From assembly GCF_963921235.1 (NCBI RefSeq), contig NC_086097.1, positions 121,212,001 to 121,276,000 of the forward strand: a DNA stretch of 64,000 nucleotides. Reading direction: 5' to 3'. The notes below the pieces were generated by a model. That model searched no databases. It saw nothing but the letters and a program-made list of their open reading frames with translations, and had not been told where the DNA came from. Below, in pieces: positions 35,383 through 47,466 of this stretch; the first letter of the stretch is position 1, and each line of letters opens with the position of its first letter. The DNA is from Mobula hypostoma. Lineage: Eukaryota. The translations under genes and the position numbers were made by a program.

Positions 35383-36066
35383 TGTAGTGGAGCGTGTATC
35401 AAGCTTCAAATTCCTTGGTGTCCACATTTCCGATGATCCCACCTGGTCCCTGAACTCCTCCATCCTGATCAAAAAGGCACAACAGCGCCTTTATTTCCTA
35501 CGGAACATCAGGAAGCTCACCTCTGTCCCAGGATACTGACGGACTTTTACCGCTGCACCGTTGAGAGCATACTCACCAACTGCATTTCAGTGTGGTATGG
35601 CAATTGTCCCGTATTGAACCACAAAGCACTCCAGCGGGTGGTGAAAACTGCCCAGCGGATTATTGGTACCCAATTGCCCACCATTGAGAACATCTACCAT
35701 AAACACTGCCTGGGCAGGGCGAAAAGCATTATCAAGGATTCCTCACACCCTAACCATGGACTTTTTACTCTCCTCCCATCCGGTAGGTGCTACAGGAGCC
35801 TCTGCTCCCGCACCAGCAGGCACAGGAAGAGCTTCTTCCCTGAGGCTGTAACCCTGCTGAACCTCACATCACAGCGCTAAGCAGTATTGCATCCATATTG
35901 GACTGTCTCAGTACTTTTATATTTGTATGTTGTAGCACTTACGTTTTATTCGCAATTTTGTAAATAACACTATTCTTTTTGCACTTCTGGTCAGATGCTA
36001 TTTGCATTTCATCGGCTTTGTATCTGTACTCGGCACAATGACAATAAAGTCGAATCTAATCTAATC
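35383..36066 (+). mobile_element. Rex1/Babar-type LINE 3' fragment
   Basis: VERVSSFKFLGV, KKAQQRLYFL, WYGNC, HPNHGLFTLLPSGR, SFFPEAV; AATAAAG + (TCTAA)n tail. Confidence 0.88.
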
Positions 36067-36450
36067 CTTCTTATAACGAGGAGACCAGAACTGAACACAA
36101 CATTCCAAGTGTGGTCCAACCAGGGTTTTATAGAGCTGCCTTTGAACTCAGTCCCCTGACTGATGAAGGCCAAAACAACATACACCTTCTTAACATCTTT
36201 ATCAACTTGAGTGAGAATGTTGAGGGATCTATGAAGGTGGATCTCAAAATCCCCCGATTCCTCAACACCGCAAAGAACCCTGCCGTTAACTCTGTATTCC
36301 GCCTTTAAATTCGACCTTCCAAAGTGATTCACTTCACACTTTTCCTGATTGAACTCCATCTGCCACTTCTCAGCCCAGCTCTGCATCCTGTCAGTGTCCT
36401 GCTGCAACCTATCCCCTGCACTATCTACAACACCACCAACCCATCAACTC
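36067..36450 (-). mobile_element. CR1 fragment
   Basis: ORF 36009-36407 WAEKWQMEFN..KCEV. Confidence 0.8.
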
Positions 36451-36600
36451 GTCAGGCAGGTTTTTTTGCACCATGGTCAATTTGCTATGCTCATGAATGC
36501 AAGTGACAATCTAATTTTAAGTGGAAATCAGAACATGTGCAGGTGAATCAGACAGAACATAACTGTTTTGAGAAAAGGGCTGCCACCTTGTCAATGTAAA

Positions 36601-37085
36601 TGGCGCAGATGGTAGTGTAACAGTTAGCGTAATGCTATTAAAGCACCAGTGATCAATGATAGGGGTTCAATTACCGTCACTGCTTGTGAAGAGTTTATAC
36701 TGTATGTTCTCTTTGTAACCTTGTATATTTCCTGTGTGCACTCCAGCTTCCTCCCACGTTGCATTTATATTAATATTTATATTTATTGTGTTTATCATTA
36801 TTATTTTATTCTTTTTCCTACTGTGTTTTTGTGCACTGCACCAGATCTAGAGTAGCAATTATTTCATTTTCCTTTACCCTTGTGTACTGGAAATGACATT
36901 GAACAATCTTGAAAGTTGAAGGGTAGATAGGTTAGGATTACGAGTTGTTGGCATGCTACGTCAGCTCTGAAGGTGTGGCAACAATTATCTAGCATAACCC
37001 TCAATGATTTGATTTAATTTGACACTAAAAAATGCATTACACTGTATGTTTCAATATACATGTGACAAATAAAGCTAAAGCTAAT
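36601..37085 (+). mobile_element. V-SINE (HE1-like), interrupted by a LINE tail at ~36760-36915
   Basis: tRNA-like head (GGTAGTGTAACAGTTAGC, GGTTCAATTACC), CTCCAGCTTCCTCCCAC V-domain, TGTGACAAATAAAGCTAA end. Confidence 0.65.
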
Positions 37086-37641
37086 TTTAAAAACATATAT
37101 AAATTGTTTTGGGACAGAATGGTACTCGACAGTTGTGTGCCTCTTCTGTACAGGGAAGATTCTCCAAATGAATCTAACAGCGAATTGTCAATGATCTCTC
37201 ATTTTCACCGAGTCTCCACCATAAAGAGCAATGTCCACCAGGGCTGGAGCGCACAATGTGGTGCCAAATTCCTGCTATATTTCATATTTTATTAAGGGTT
37301 TTTCAGTTGTGTCAGTGAATAATTTTTGCGTGTGGTGTTGCATGTAATTTCACAGCATGCCTTCAAACTACTAAAATGTGCTTTTGATGCTTATTTTTCG
37401 GCAGATAGCAGAAAGAGGCATTTGTACCATCATTAATACAAAACACTGAAATGTTTGCATATCTTTAAATGAGCAATACAAATACTTGCAAGCAAAGAAA
37501 TACATAAACTTTACAATGTTTGTCAGTGACAAGTTTTGTAGGTAGAAATAAAAACAGAAATTTGCAAATCATGTCCTGTCTGTAGTTATGTGTGAATGGG
37601 CAGAAATGATGGCAGTGAAGGACTGTGTCTCGAGCCAGACG

Positions 37642-38430
37642 TACAAAATGCTGGACAAGCTCGGCAGGTCAGGCGGCATCTATGAAAAAGAGTAAACAGT
37701 CAATGTTTGGGCAGAGACCCTTCTTCAGGACTTGAAAGGAAAGATGGGAGAGGGGAAAGAGGCTAGCCGGAAGGAGATGGTGAAGCCAGTTGGGTGGGAA
37801 AGGTCAAGGGTAGGAGAAGAAAGAATCAGATAGAAGAGGAGAATGGGCAATAGGAGAAAGGGAAGGAGGAGGGGACCCAGGGGAAGTAATTGGCAGGTGA
37901 GAAGAAATGAAATGTCAGAGTGGAGAGTAGAGTAAGGCAGGGGGAAGATTGTTCACCAGAAGAAGAAATAGATATTCATGCCATCAGGTTAGAGGGTACA
38001 CAGGTGTTGCTCCTCCACCCTAAGGGTGGCCTCATCTTGGCACAAGAGGAGGCCACAGATCAACACGTCGGAATGAGAATAGGAATTAAAATCTTTAGCC
38101 ACTAGGAAGTCCCACTTGTGGTGGATGGTGTGGAAGTGCTCAATGAAGCAGTCCCCCAATTTAGGACGGTTCTCACCATGGTAAAGGAGGCCGCATTGGG
38201 AGCACTGGACACAATAGACGACCCCAGCACATATGGAGCTGGTGTTGGCTCACCTGGAAGGACTGCTTGGAGCCCTGAATGGAGTTGAAAGAGGAGGTGT
38301 ATGGGCAGGTGTAGCACCTAGGCCGATTGCCAGGAGGGGGATTAGTGAGGAGGAATGAATGGACAAGGGAATCGCAGAGAGGGCAATCTATGTGGAAAGT
38401 GGGTGGAGGGGTGGGGGATGGTAAAGGTAT
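37642..38430 (-). mobile_element. decayed Penelope 3' part (GIY-YIG + terminal repeat)
   Basis: Colinear with 31870-32760; degenerate hammerhead at ~37697-37731. Confidence 0.8.
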
Positions 38431-38479
38431 GTTTAGCAGTAGGATGTTCAGTTGTGTCTTGAGCTGTGGCTTTTGGGCC

Positions 38480-40600
38480 CCCTTATCAAAGAAAGGATGT
38501 GCTGCATTGTCGAGGCTCCAGGGGTGGTTCATGAGTTTGATGTTAATGTATAAGGAGAATTTGATGGTTATGGGCCTGAACTTACTAGATTTTATTAGAA
38601 TGAGGGGGGTTTCATTGAAACCTATCAAATATTGAAAGGCCTAGATAGAGTGGATGCGAAGAAGAGGATTGCTGGAGGAATTTTAGGACCAGAAGGCACA
38701 GCTTCAGAATAAAGGATATCCATTTAGAACAAAGATGAAGAGGAATTTCTTTCACGAGAGTGTGGTGAATCTGTGGAATTCATTGCCACATACAGCTGTG
38801 GTGGCTAAGTCATTGGGTATACAGGTGTCCCCTGCTTTTTGAACGTTCACTATACGAAACCTCGCTGTTACAAAAGACCTACATTAGTTACCTGTTTTCG
38901 CTAACAGAAGGTGTTTTCACTGTTACAATAAAAGTCAGCGCACGCCCCAAGCAGCCATGCTCCTCCCCCGGAATTGCATTCTAGCTGGCATTGCTTAAAC
39001 ACGTGTCTGTGAGCAGCTGTTAGCAAGATGAGCTCTAAGGTATCGGAAATACCTAAAAGAGCTCATAACGGTGTTACACTTAGCGTAAAACTAGACATAA
39101 TTAGGCGTTTTGATCGTGGTGAATGAAGTAAGGACAAAGTGAGTTTGGCTTGTGGAAGTTGACGAAGATGATGTTGAAGAGGTTTTGGCATCCCATGACC
39201 AAACGTTGATAGATAAAGAGCTGATGCAATTGGAAGAGGAAAGGATAATAATCTAAACCGAATGCAGTAGTAAACAGACCGAAAGTGAAGTCTTTCAGGA
39301 ACTGAACGTGAAGCAACTGCGTGAGACTTTCGCTGCAATGATTGCAGAAAAGTACTTTAATTTTGAAAGGGTACGTAGCTTTAGGGCATATTTTCAGGAT
39401 GGTTTGAGTGCTTACAAAGAACTGTATGATAGAAAAATGCGCAAGGCTAAGCAGTTAAGCATGCTGTCATTTTTCAAGCCTTCCATATCAGCCACAGCAG
39501 ACAACGAACCTCGACCTTCGACATCGATGCAGGCAGACAAAGAAGAAGGTGACCTGGCTGCCCTGATGGAAACAGACGGCGATGAGATGACACCCCAGTG
39601 TCCCACCACCCGAACCCCCAGGCTGTGAACCGATACCAATCTGCGGAGAATGCAGCGGTCGCCGGGACGCAACCAACACATCTTTAAGCAAAAAGCCAAA
39701 AAAAAAAGCTAATTAATTAGGTGCCACCCGGCACATAAATGTCGGCCCAGATCAGAGACGACGCAATCAGATATCGCCTCTGATCTGGGCCGACATTTAT
39801 GTGCTGGGTGGCCCCTAATTAATTAGCTTGTTTATTTTGGCTTTTTTCTTAAAGATGTTCTGGGTGCGTCCCAGCTACTGCTGTACCACTGCATCCTTCG
39901 CGGATCGGTATCAGTCGGCGGCCTGGAGGTTGGGGACCACTGCACCACCCCAACCTCCAACGACTCAGCCTAACACACCATCATCAGTGTGATCGGCGCT
40001 GTCCCAATTCCGGTAAGTGATACTACACTGTACATACATTATTTCTACTTTATATAGGCTGTGTATTTTTATGTGTTACTTGGTATGATTTGGCAGCTTC
40101 ATAGCTTACAAGTTACTGGAGAGTGTGTTTCTGCCAAGAGTGCTTGCGTGAGATTTTCGCTACGGAGAACAGTGCAGCAATGATTGTAGAAAAGTATTTC
40201 TACTTTATATAGGCTGTGTATTTAGCATATCGTTCCTGCTTTTACTATATGTTACTGTTATTTTAGGTTTTATGTGTTATTTGGCATGATTTCATAGGTT
40301 ACTTTTTGGGTCTGCGAACGCTCACAAATTTTTCCCTTATAAATAAATGGTAATTGCTTCTTCACTTTACAACATTCTGGCTTACGAACCGTTTCATAGG
40401 AATGCTCTACCTTCGGATGGCAGGGGAAACCTGTATTTAAATAAAAGGTTGATAGTTCTTGATTATTAAGGGAGCCAAAGGTTACAGGGAGAAGGCAGGA
40501 GAATGGGGTTGCGAGAGATAATAGATCAGTCACGAGCAGAGCAGACGTGATCGGCTGAATTGTGTAATCTTGTCCTGTGTCTTATGGTCTTATGGTCCAT
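38480..40600 (+). mobile_element. decayed CR1 3' end split by Tigger
   Basis: GTCATTGGGTA|TATTTAA junction; TTATGGTC tail at ~40582-40597. Confidence 0.8.
38822..40433 (+). mobile_element. Tigger/pogo non-autonomous DNA transposon
   Basis: TA|CAGGTGTCCCC...GGGGAAACCTG|TA. The transposase N-terminus MSSKVSEIPKRA..TLSVKLDIIRRFDRGE (psq/CENP-B HTH-like) is joined directly to the C-terminus EVDEDDVEEVLASHD...KAKQLSMLSFF. Confidence 0.9.
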
Positions 40601-40973
40601 GAACAAAACAGTTGATAACCGAGATTTCCATCGAATAAAGAACAGGAAAAATCTTGCTGTAAAAGCAAGGATTAGATCATTTTAATCTTTTCCACAAAAT
40701 ATTCTTCTGGGTCATAATTATAAATGTGTTTTCTCTAGAAGTTATTCTTCAAAATCAATAGTTTGTTGTTAACATCCAAGACCTGGTTGTCGTGGCATGT
40801 TTATTTTTCAATACATGTTGGCAAAGCATGGGGGCGGCGTATTATTCATTGACAGCATTATGCTTTTTGGAAAAGGATGATTGTTTATTAAACTGCTTTG
40901 TGTAATGCATGGGCAAATGGACAGGGTTGTTTAGACATTAAGGAGTTAGCTGTTTCTTTTTCCCCATGTTAAG

Positions 40974-41483
40974 TTGCCATAGAGGGAGTACAAAGAAGGT
41001 TCACCAGATTGATTCCTGGGATGGCAGGACTTTCATATGAAGAAAGACTGGATGAACTGGGCTTGTACTCGTTGGAATTTAGAAGATTGAGGGGGGATCT
41101 GATTGAAACGTATAAAATCCTAAAGGGATTGGACAGGCTAGATGCAGGAAGATTGTTCCCGATGTTGGGGAAGTCCAGAACAAGAGGTCACAGTTTGAGG
41201 ATAAAGGGGAAGCCTTTTAGAACCAAGATTAGGAAAAACTTCTTCACACAGAGAGTGGTGAATCTGTGGAATTCTCTGCCACAGGAAACAGTTGAGGCCA
41301 GTTCATTGGCTATATTTAAGAGGGAGTTAGATATGGCCCTTGTGGCTAAAGGGATCAGGGGGTATGGAGGGAAGGCTGGAGCTGGGTTCTGAGTTGGATG
41401 ATCAGCCATGATCATAATAAGTGGCGGTGCAGGCTCGAAGGGCCGAATGGCCTACTCCTGCACCTATTTTCTATGTTTCTATG
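40974..41483 (+). mobile_element. young CR1 3' fragment
   Basis: ORF 41009-41392, nearly identical to 221-736. Confidence 0.95.
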
Positions 41484-41637
41484 AAATGTTCTGGTATATA
41501 AACACACATATACAACACATACAGTATAAATTTACATATACACACACATACAATACATATATAAATATGTGTAAAAGCATCCATATATATATGTATTTAG
41601 TTGTGTTTGCGTGTGTGTATGTATATATATATAGTGT

Positions 41638-41644
<7 letters not shown>

Positions 41645-41704
<60 letters not shown>
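41645..41704. repeat. compound microsatellite (GT)n(AT)n
   Basis: Direct reading; lies within low-complexity TA/CA sequence 41495-41725. Confidence 0.95.
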
Positions 41705-41708
<4 letters not shown>

Positions 41709-41723
41709 TATATACAGTATATA

Positions 41724-42502
41724 TTGGGCTTCTTATCTAAGAAAAGATGTGCTGTCATTGGAGAGGTTTCAGAGGATGTTCACAAGGATGATTTCAGGAA
41801 TGAAAGGGTTATCACACAAGGAACGTTTGATGGCTCTTGTCTTGCACTTGCTGGAATTTAGTACATAATTATCTATTTAAATGATTATTTTCCTTTTATA
41901 TCATCTCAATGTGTACTTAAGAATGTATAAATAATTGTAGTTTTATACATATAAAAAAATGGAAAAGGTTATATATGTGAAAAAAGTACATGATAATTGT
42001 GAATTCCTTATCCAAATAAAAATAAAATTTAAAAAAAAACATAAAACATATGAACATGATGCATTGAATTGTGGTAAATTATAATAAAAAATAAAATTTT
42101 AATACAAACAGTTGATAAAAAAAAAAGAAAGATGAGGGGGGGATCTCACTGAAAACTTTCAGATATTGAAAAGCCTAGGGTGTGGAAAGGATGTTTGCCA
42201 TGGTGGGGGAGTCTCGGACAAGAGGGCACAGCCTCAGGATAGAGGGGTGTCCATTTAAAACAGAGATGTGGAGAAAATTCTTTAGCCAGAGGGTGGTGAA
42301 CTTATGGAATTTGTTACTACAGGCAGCTGTGGAGGCCAGATCATTGGTGTATTTAAGGCAGAGATTGATAGGTTCTTGATTGGCCAAGGTATCAGAGGTT
42401 ATGGGTAGAAGGCTGGGGAAAAAACAAGGATCAGCCATGATTAAATGGCAGAGCAGACTCGCTGGGCCAATTCTGCTCCTCTCTTTTATGATCTTATGGT
42501 CT

Positions 42503-42504
<2 letters not shown>
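41724..42504 (+). mobile_element. decayed CR1 3' end, with an A-tailed AT-rich insert at ~41862-42126
   Basis: GGAATTTAG|AAAGATGAGGGGG junction; ORF 42182-42379; TATGGTCTTAT tail. Confidence 0.8.

Positions 42505-42542
<38 letters not shown>
42505..42542. repeat. (CA)n microsatellite
   Basis: Direct reading. Confidence 0.95.
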
Positions 42543-42546
<4 letters not shown>

Positions 42547-42690
42547 TATACTGTAGGTATAGTAATTTGCACAATTCTCTTCTTTTGCACAATGGCTGTT
42601 TTTCAGTGTTAATTTATGTATAGATTTTCACAAATACTATTATATTTTCTTGTAAATGCCTGCAAGAAAATGAATTTCAAGCTAGTGTAT

Positions 42691-43646
42691 GTTCAAAGGT
42701 TCAAAGGTTCAAAGATTGATTTATTATCAAAGTAAGTGTGCAGTATACGGCTCTGAGATTTGTTTCTCCAGATGGCCATGAAACAAAGGAAACCATGGAA
42801 GTCATTTCAAGGAGAAACAGCAAACAGCCAACCTATTCCCCACATAAAAAAAGAATGGCCACATGATCATCAATCCCCCAAAAACCCGCATCCAACAAAC
42901 AAAACTCAAGAATATCAACCCCCAAACCCCCTTTCCCCACACAAAATACAAGAACACCAGTCCCCAAATCCCCCTTCCCCTGAACAAAACACAAGAACAA
43001 AAACCCCAAAACCTCCTCCCCCACACAAAATGCAACAGGAACGTCAACCACTAAACCCCACTTCCCCGCACAAAAAAATGTGAAGGAACAGGCGAAAACA
43101 CAAAATATAAAAATCATAAGACTGAAAAAGTCCGAAGTCCATAGTCCAAATCCATAAGCACAGGACCTCGGCAACATCTTCTATTATTATTGAAAGAGAG
43201 AGATAGCAGTCAAACGCAGAGTCCTACACCCGGGACACAGTGATAGGCCACACAGGCTCCTTCTTCGGTAGCAGATGGATCCCATCAGCAATTAGATGGC
43301 AGATAGTTGGCAATGAACCTTAGCTCGCCTTCTGCATTTGCCTGATGCTTCAATCTTCCTTGACACTTTAATTGGTGATTAATGGTGTCGAACATAGGCT
43401 TCTGAACCAGCTCAAAGTTTCTTCACTTTGAGGCCTTTAGGATTTGAGCTCGTGCTTGCTTCCTGGAATCTTCTCCGAGACAGCAAAGTGCTGGCTCACT
43501 CAATTGATCTCTAAACTGTAATCACAGGTTCCAGAAACACACTTAAGATGTAAAACAGATGTAAAAGAAGTGAAATAAACAGTTTTGTGGTCTACCTGGA
43601 AGATGTCGACCAAGGGAGCATTGTACACAGGCGCCACCTTGACCAG
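42691..43646 (-). mobile_element. non-coding, non-autonomous LINE-derived element with internal minisatellite
   Basis: Minus-strand 5' end CTGGTCAAGGTGGCGCC and 3' AATAAA + (CCTTTGAA)n tail. About six degenerate ~40-bp units at 42830-43080. Inserted into another LINE-type tail. Confidence 0.6.
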
Positions 43647-44596
43647 ACATATATGTACTTTGATAATAAATTTACTTTGACTTTGATTGATGGATGCAGT
43701 CTGAACTCTGAAGAAGGCAGGAGTGACAAAAGCTGTAATTAATATTGCAGTAACTGGAATAATGAAGCATTCAGTTTGATTTATAAAATAGAAGAACAAT
43801 AATTTTTAGACTGTTTCTACACTACAGCAAAAATTATATATTGAAAGATCCTGACACAGTTGATCATTTTTCCGATTAGTTATTCATATCCACGGATCAG
43901 TTTGCAAACCCTCCTGAAGTAAAATGTTTGCACCACTTCATAATTTCTGGCAACATGATAATTGATAGCAAAGGAATTATTCAAAAGAAACAAGTAATTA
44001 TTTTTAACATGTGTAAATATAAAATAACAATTAACAGTTTTGTTCCTCATTTTGCAGTTTTTGTCCACTACCTAAAAATTAGCTCTAGATTGCTTCATTT
44101 CTTGCATTTAATTGTAGATTTTCTTTCTGGATAAAACACCATTGTTGCAAATATTGATTGTTCTTGACCTCACATAACCAATCACAGATAATAAGCAGAG
44201 CTAGCTGAAAGGATCAGGAGCTGCTTATAGATTAGTTGTTGGGTTATTTCTCCTGGTTATTGCTGCAACTCTAGTGTGTTCTATAAATCTTTTAGAAGTC
44301 ATTTCAGAAGCCTATGGGGAGTAGCAGCCAGGTGCTTAAATGCACTTCTGCTGGCTCAGAGATTTGCCTTCACAGGGCAAGTAGTTTCTATACTTAGGCA
44401 AAGCTAACTTTGGAGAGGTGAGATGGGGAATAAATCACAATATGATGGGCAACACTGTTAATAGTACTCGAAAAAAATAGTTGGCCACATTCCCCTGAAC
44501 AGCAAGAGGTTGATGTACTGTATGTACTTACGTAGATGGCCAAAGTCAACAAGAGAAGAGAAAGGAAGCATTAAACAAAATGGTAGTGCTTATATA

Positions 44597-44920
44597 AATA
44601 TAAAGAATTGTCACATTTACATTGAAACTTTGAAACATATGTTGAAATGCATTGTTTGATTCAAAGCAAAACAGCAAAGATTGTGCTGGGGCAGCCGTAA
44701 ATGTTGCCATGCTTCTGGAGTCAATATAGCATGCCCACAGCTTACTAACCATAACCGCACATCACTTTTTTGGAATGTGGGAGGAGACCAGAGCACCCAG
44801 AGGAAACCCACACAAGGAGAACATACAAGCTCCTACAGACAGCGGTGGGAATCAAACCCAGATCGGTAATCGTTAAAGCTGTAAAGCGATAACACTAACC
44901 ATTCTGCTGCCTTGGCCACC
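44597..44920 (-). mobile_element. V-SINE (HE1-like)
   Basis: Reverse complement of GGGTTTCCTCTGGGTGCTCTGGTCTCCTCCCACATTCCAAA (V-domain) and GGGTTTGATTCCC B-box. Confidence 0.75.
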
Positions 44921-44999
44921 TTATGTATTGTAAAGAATAGTAGAAATCACACAGATTGGGGGTGAGATAGAGTGACACAGTGAAGGGAAATAAAGAAGG

Positions 45000-45680
45000 C
45001 ACAAAGAGAAGTCAAAATGTTATGAGAACAAGTTTGCAAAAGTTGTTAAGGAGAACACTAAAGTTATTTTCAAGATAAAAAGAAAAATGGTTGATTAAAA
45101 ATAATGTGGAATTTTTATTAATAGATACAGACAATATCATAATTGAAAATCAAGGAATGAAAGGCTTCTTAAACAACTACCTTATCTTACCTTCAGAACT
45201 GAGGCTGGGGATAAGGTATCGGAGATACAAGGTGAACTAAAAATAAATCATGGTGAACAAATAACTAGATTTAATGCAATTGAAGAAACAGAGGTAAAAG
45301 AAAAGCATCTATGAAATCCAGCAAGATTAATGATAGAAAAACCTCTGATATTTTTCACTAGGATATTAGTTAAGGAACTGAAAGATTATGTGTTGGTCAT
45401 GATTTTCCAAAACTCTATGTTGGAATTGTCTGGATTAAAATACCTTCATTGACATTCCATTATTTCAAATATAAGAGAACCCTAAGACCTGTAAGTCTAA
45501 TCTTGTTGTGTTCCAGTTCGTGGAATATATCATTTAGGATGAAGTCATCAGGCATTTGGACAAATGAAGGCTAAGAAGAGAGAGTAATACGGATTCATTA
45601 TTTTTAGCCTGCATCAAATGAATTTAGTTGAATTTTTTTTCATACGACTATGTGGTGGTTGAGGGAATTATATATTTTCC
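45000..45680 (+). mobile_element. ancient CR1 ORF2 relic (continues 46226-46370 and 47480-47900)
   Basis: Degenerate ENTKVIF, IPLF, RPVSLI and ISKFVDE motifs in CR1 order. Confidence 0.55.
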
Positions 45681-45685
45681 TTATA

Positions 45686-46223
45686 TACTCAGTGGCTACT
45701 TTATGAAGTACACATATACACTTGCTCGTTAATGCAAATAACTGATCAGCCAATCATGTGGCAGCATCTTGATGCATAAACGCCCGCAGACATGGTCAAG
45801 AGATACAATTGTTGTTTAGACCGAATATCAGAATGGGGAAGAAATGTGATCTAAGTGATTTTAACCGTGGAATGATTGTTGCTGTCAGATGGGGTGGTTT
45901 GAGTATCTCAGAAACTGGGATTTTCATGCACAACAGTCTGTAGAGATTACAGAGAACAGCGCAAAAAGCAAAAACATCAAGTGAGTGGGCGAAAATACTT
46001 TGTTAATGAGGAAGGGCAGAGGAGAATTGCCAAACTCGTTCAAACTGCTAGAAAAGTGAGAGTAATTCAAATAACCACACAGTGGTGTGCAGAAGAGCAT
46101 CTCTGAATGCACAACATGTCGAACCCTGAATTGGATGGGCTATAGCAGCAGAAGATCACGAACATACACTCAGTAGCCACTTTGTTAGGTACAGGAGATA
46201 CATAGTAAACTGGCCACTGAGTG
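45686..46223 (+). mobile_element. complete non-autonomous Tc1 element
   Basis: TA-flanked TIRs (T/C)ACTCAGTGGC...GGCCACTGAGTG; MGKKCDLSDF..GMIV transposase remnant; extra internal TIR at 46167. Confidence 0.88.
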
Positions 46224-46377
46224 TACAGTATACGGTCAACAAAGTTTCACGGATGAGACTGTTAACAACAATGATGGTATGTGGAATTGAAGGCAACTTA
46301 ACTGCTTGATTAGGAAACTGTTAAGGAAGTAAAAGCTGAGTGGTGATAATGTGCATATATTTTTTGTCTCATATATA

Positions 46378-46930
46378 GGACCATAAGACTATAAGATATA
46401 GGAGCAGAATTAGGTCATTTGGCCCATTGCATCTCTTCCGCCATTTCATCATGGCCAATTCAATTTTCCTCTCAGCCCCAGTCTCCTGCTTTCTCCCCAT
46501 ATCCCTTCATGCCCTGACCAATTAAGAATTTATTAACCTCTGACTTAAATATATATAAAGACAACCTCCACAGCTGCCTGTGGCAAAGAATTCCACAGAT
46601 TCACCACTCTCTGTCTAAAGAAATTCCTCCTCATCTCCATTCTAAAAGAATACCCCTCTATTCTAAGTCTGTATCCTCCGGTCTTAGACTCTCCCACCAT
46701 AGGAAACATCCTCTCCACATCTACTCTATCAAAGCCTTTCACCATTCAATAGGTTTCAATGAGGTCATCCCTCATTCCTCCGAATTCCAGTGAATACAGG
46801 CCCAGAGCCATCAAAAGCTCTTCATATGATAAGCCATTCAAACCTGCAGTCATTTTCTTAAACCTCCTTTGATCCCTCTCCAGTTTCAGCTTATCCTTTC
46901 TAAGACAAAGGGCCCAAAACTGCTCAGATA
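46378..46930 (-). mobile_element. CR1 3' fragment
   Basis: ORF 46545-46745 (FFRQRVVNLWNSLP); GACCATAA-type tail. Confidence 0.85.
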
Positions 46931-46938
46931 TCTGTACT

Positions 46939-47466
46939 GTCTAGAGTGTATGGTGTGGCCAGGGAGGGGTAGCACCTCTGGTGAAGGGACTTGGATCATG
47001 TCCGTTCTGGGGCAGCTCACTCACCTTTGATCCCCACCAGACACTCAGCTCTTGCCGGTGGCTCCAAGTAGCGGCTAAACCCCAATACACCACTTCAACA
47101 GGCAGGCTCAAGCAGGTGAAGATAGCTGGCAGCTTTGTTCCCCAGTGTGAAAGGGACTTGCCTGTCCTAACATGCAAAGTCAGCTTCAAAGGACTGGGCA
47201 GATGAGATCTACAGTGAGAACCAATGGCTAGGAAGCTGGTTCTGCAACACTCCCTGGAGAGCGAAGGGCATGACAAAGCACAGCAGACATGGTCATCCAC
47301 TGCAACCAAGGAAGACTGCAGTTTGTGACACTGGTTCATACCACTGGACTTGTAATTCTGAAGTTGAGAGAAAGGAACTGCCCCAGTGTAATGGTTTTTC
47401 CACTTTATAAACTCTCCCGCACAGGTTTCCTGTCGTTGTTGGAGATGATGGACAACCACCACAACC
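46939..47466 (+). mobile_element. 528-bp non-autonomous retroposon, probably RTE-mobilised
   Basis: 9-bp TSD ATCTGTACT (46930-46938, 47467-47475) and a CAA/CAC-rich 3' tail. No tRNA head recognised. The RTE link is inferred from tail type. Confidence 0.7.

Noticed and set aside
37032..37295. 87-aa ORF / possible exon in unique DNA
   Set aside because: It starts in a SINE tail, has no recognisable motif, and has no convincing donor on either strand.
41408..41861. ORFs with VCVC/YIYI runs
   Set aside because: Microsatellite translation.
42760..43177. Pro/Lys-rich or hydrophobic ORFs
   Set aside because: Translation artefacts of the internal minisatellite.
44170..44425. CCAAT/GATA motifs and GAG|GTGAGA donor as a first exon
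   Set aside because: Short motifs expected by chance; all frames of the putative exon are closed; no other support.
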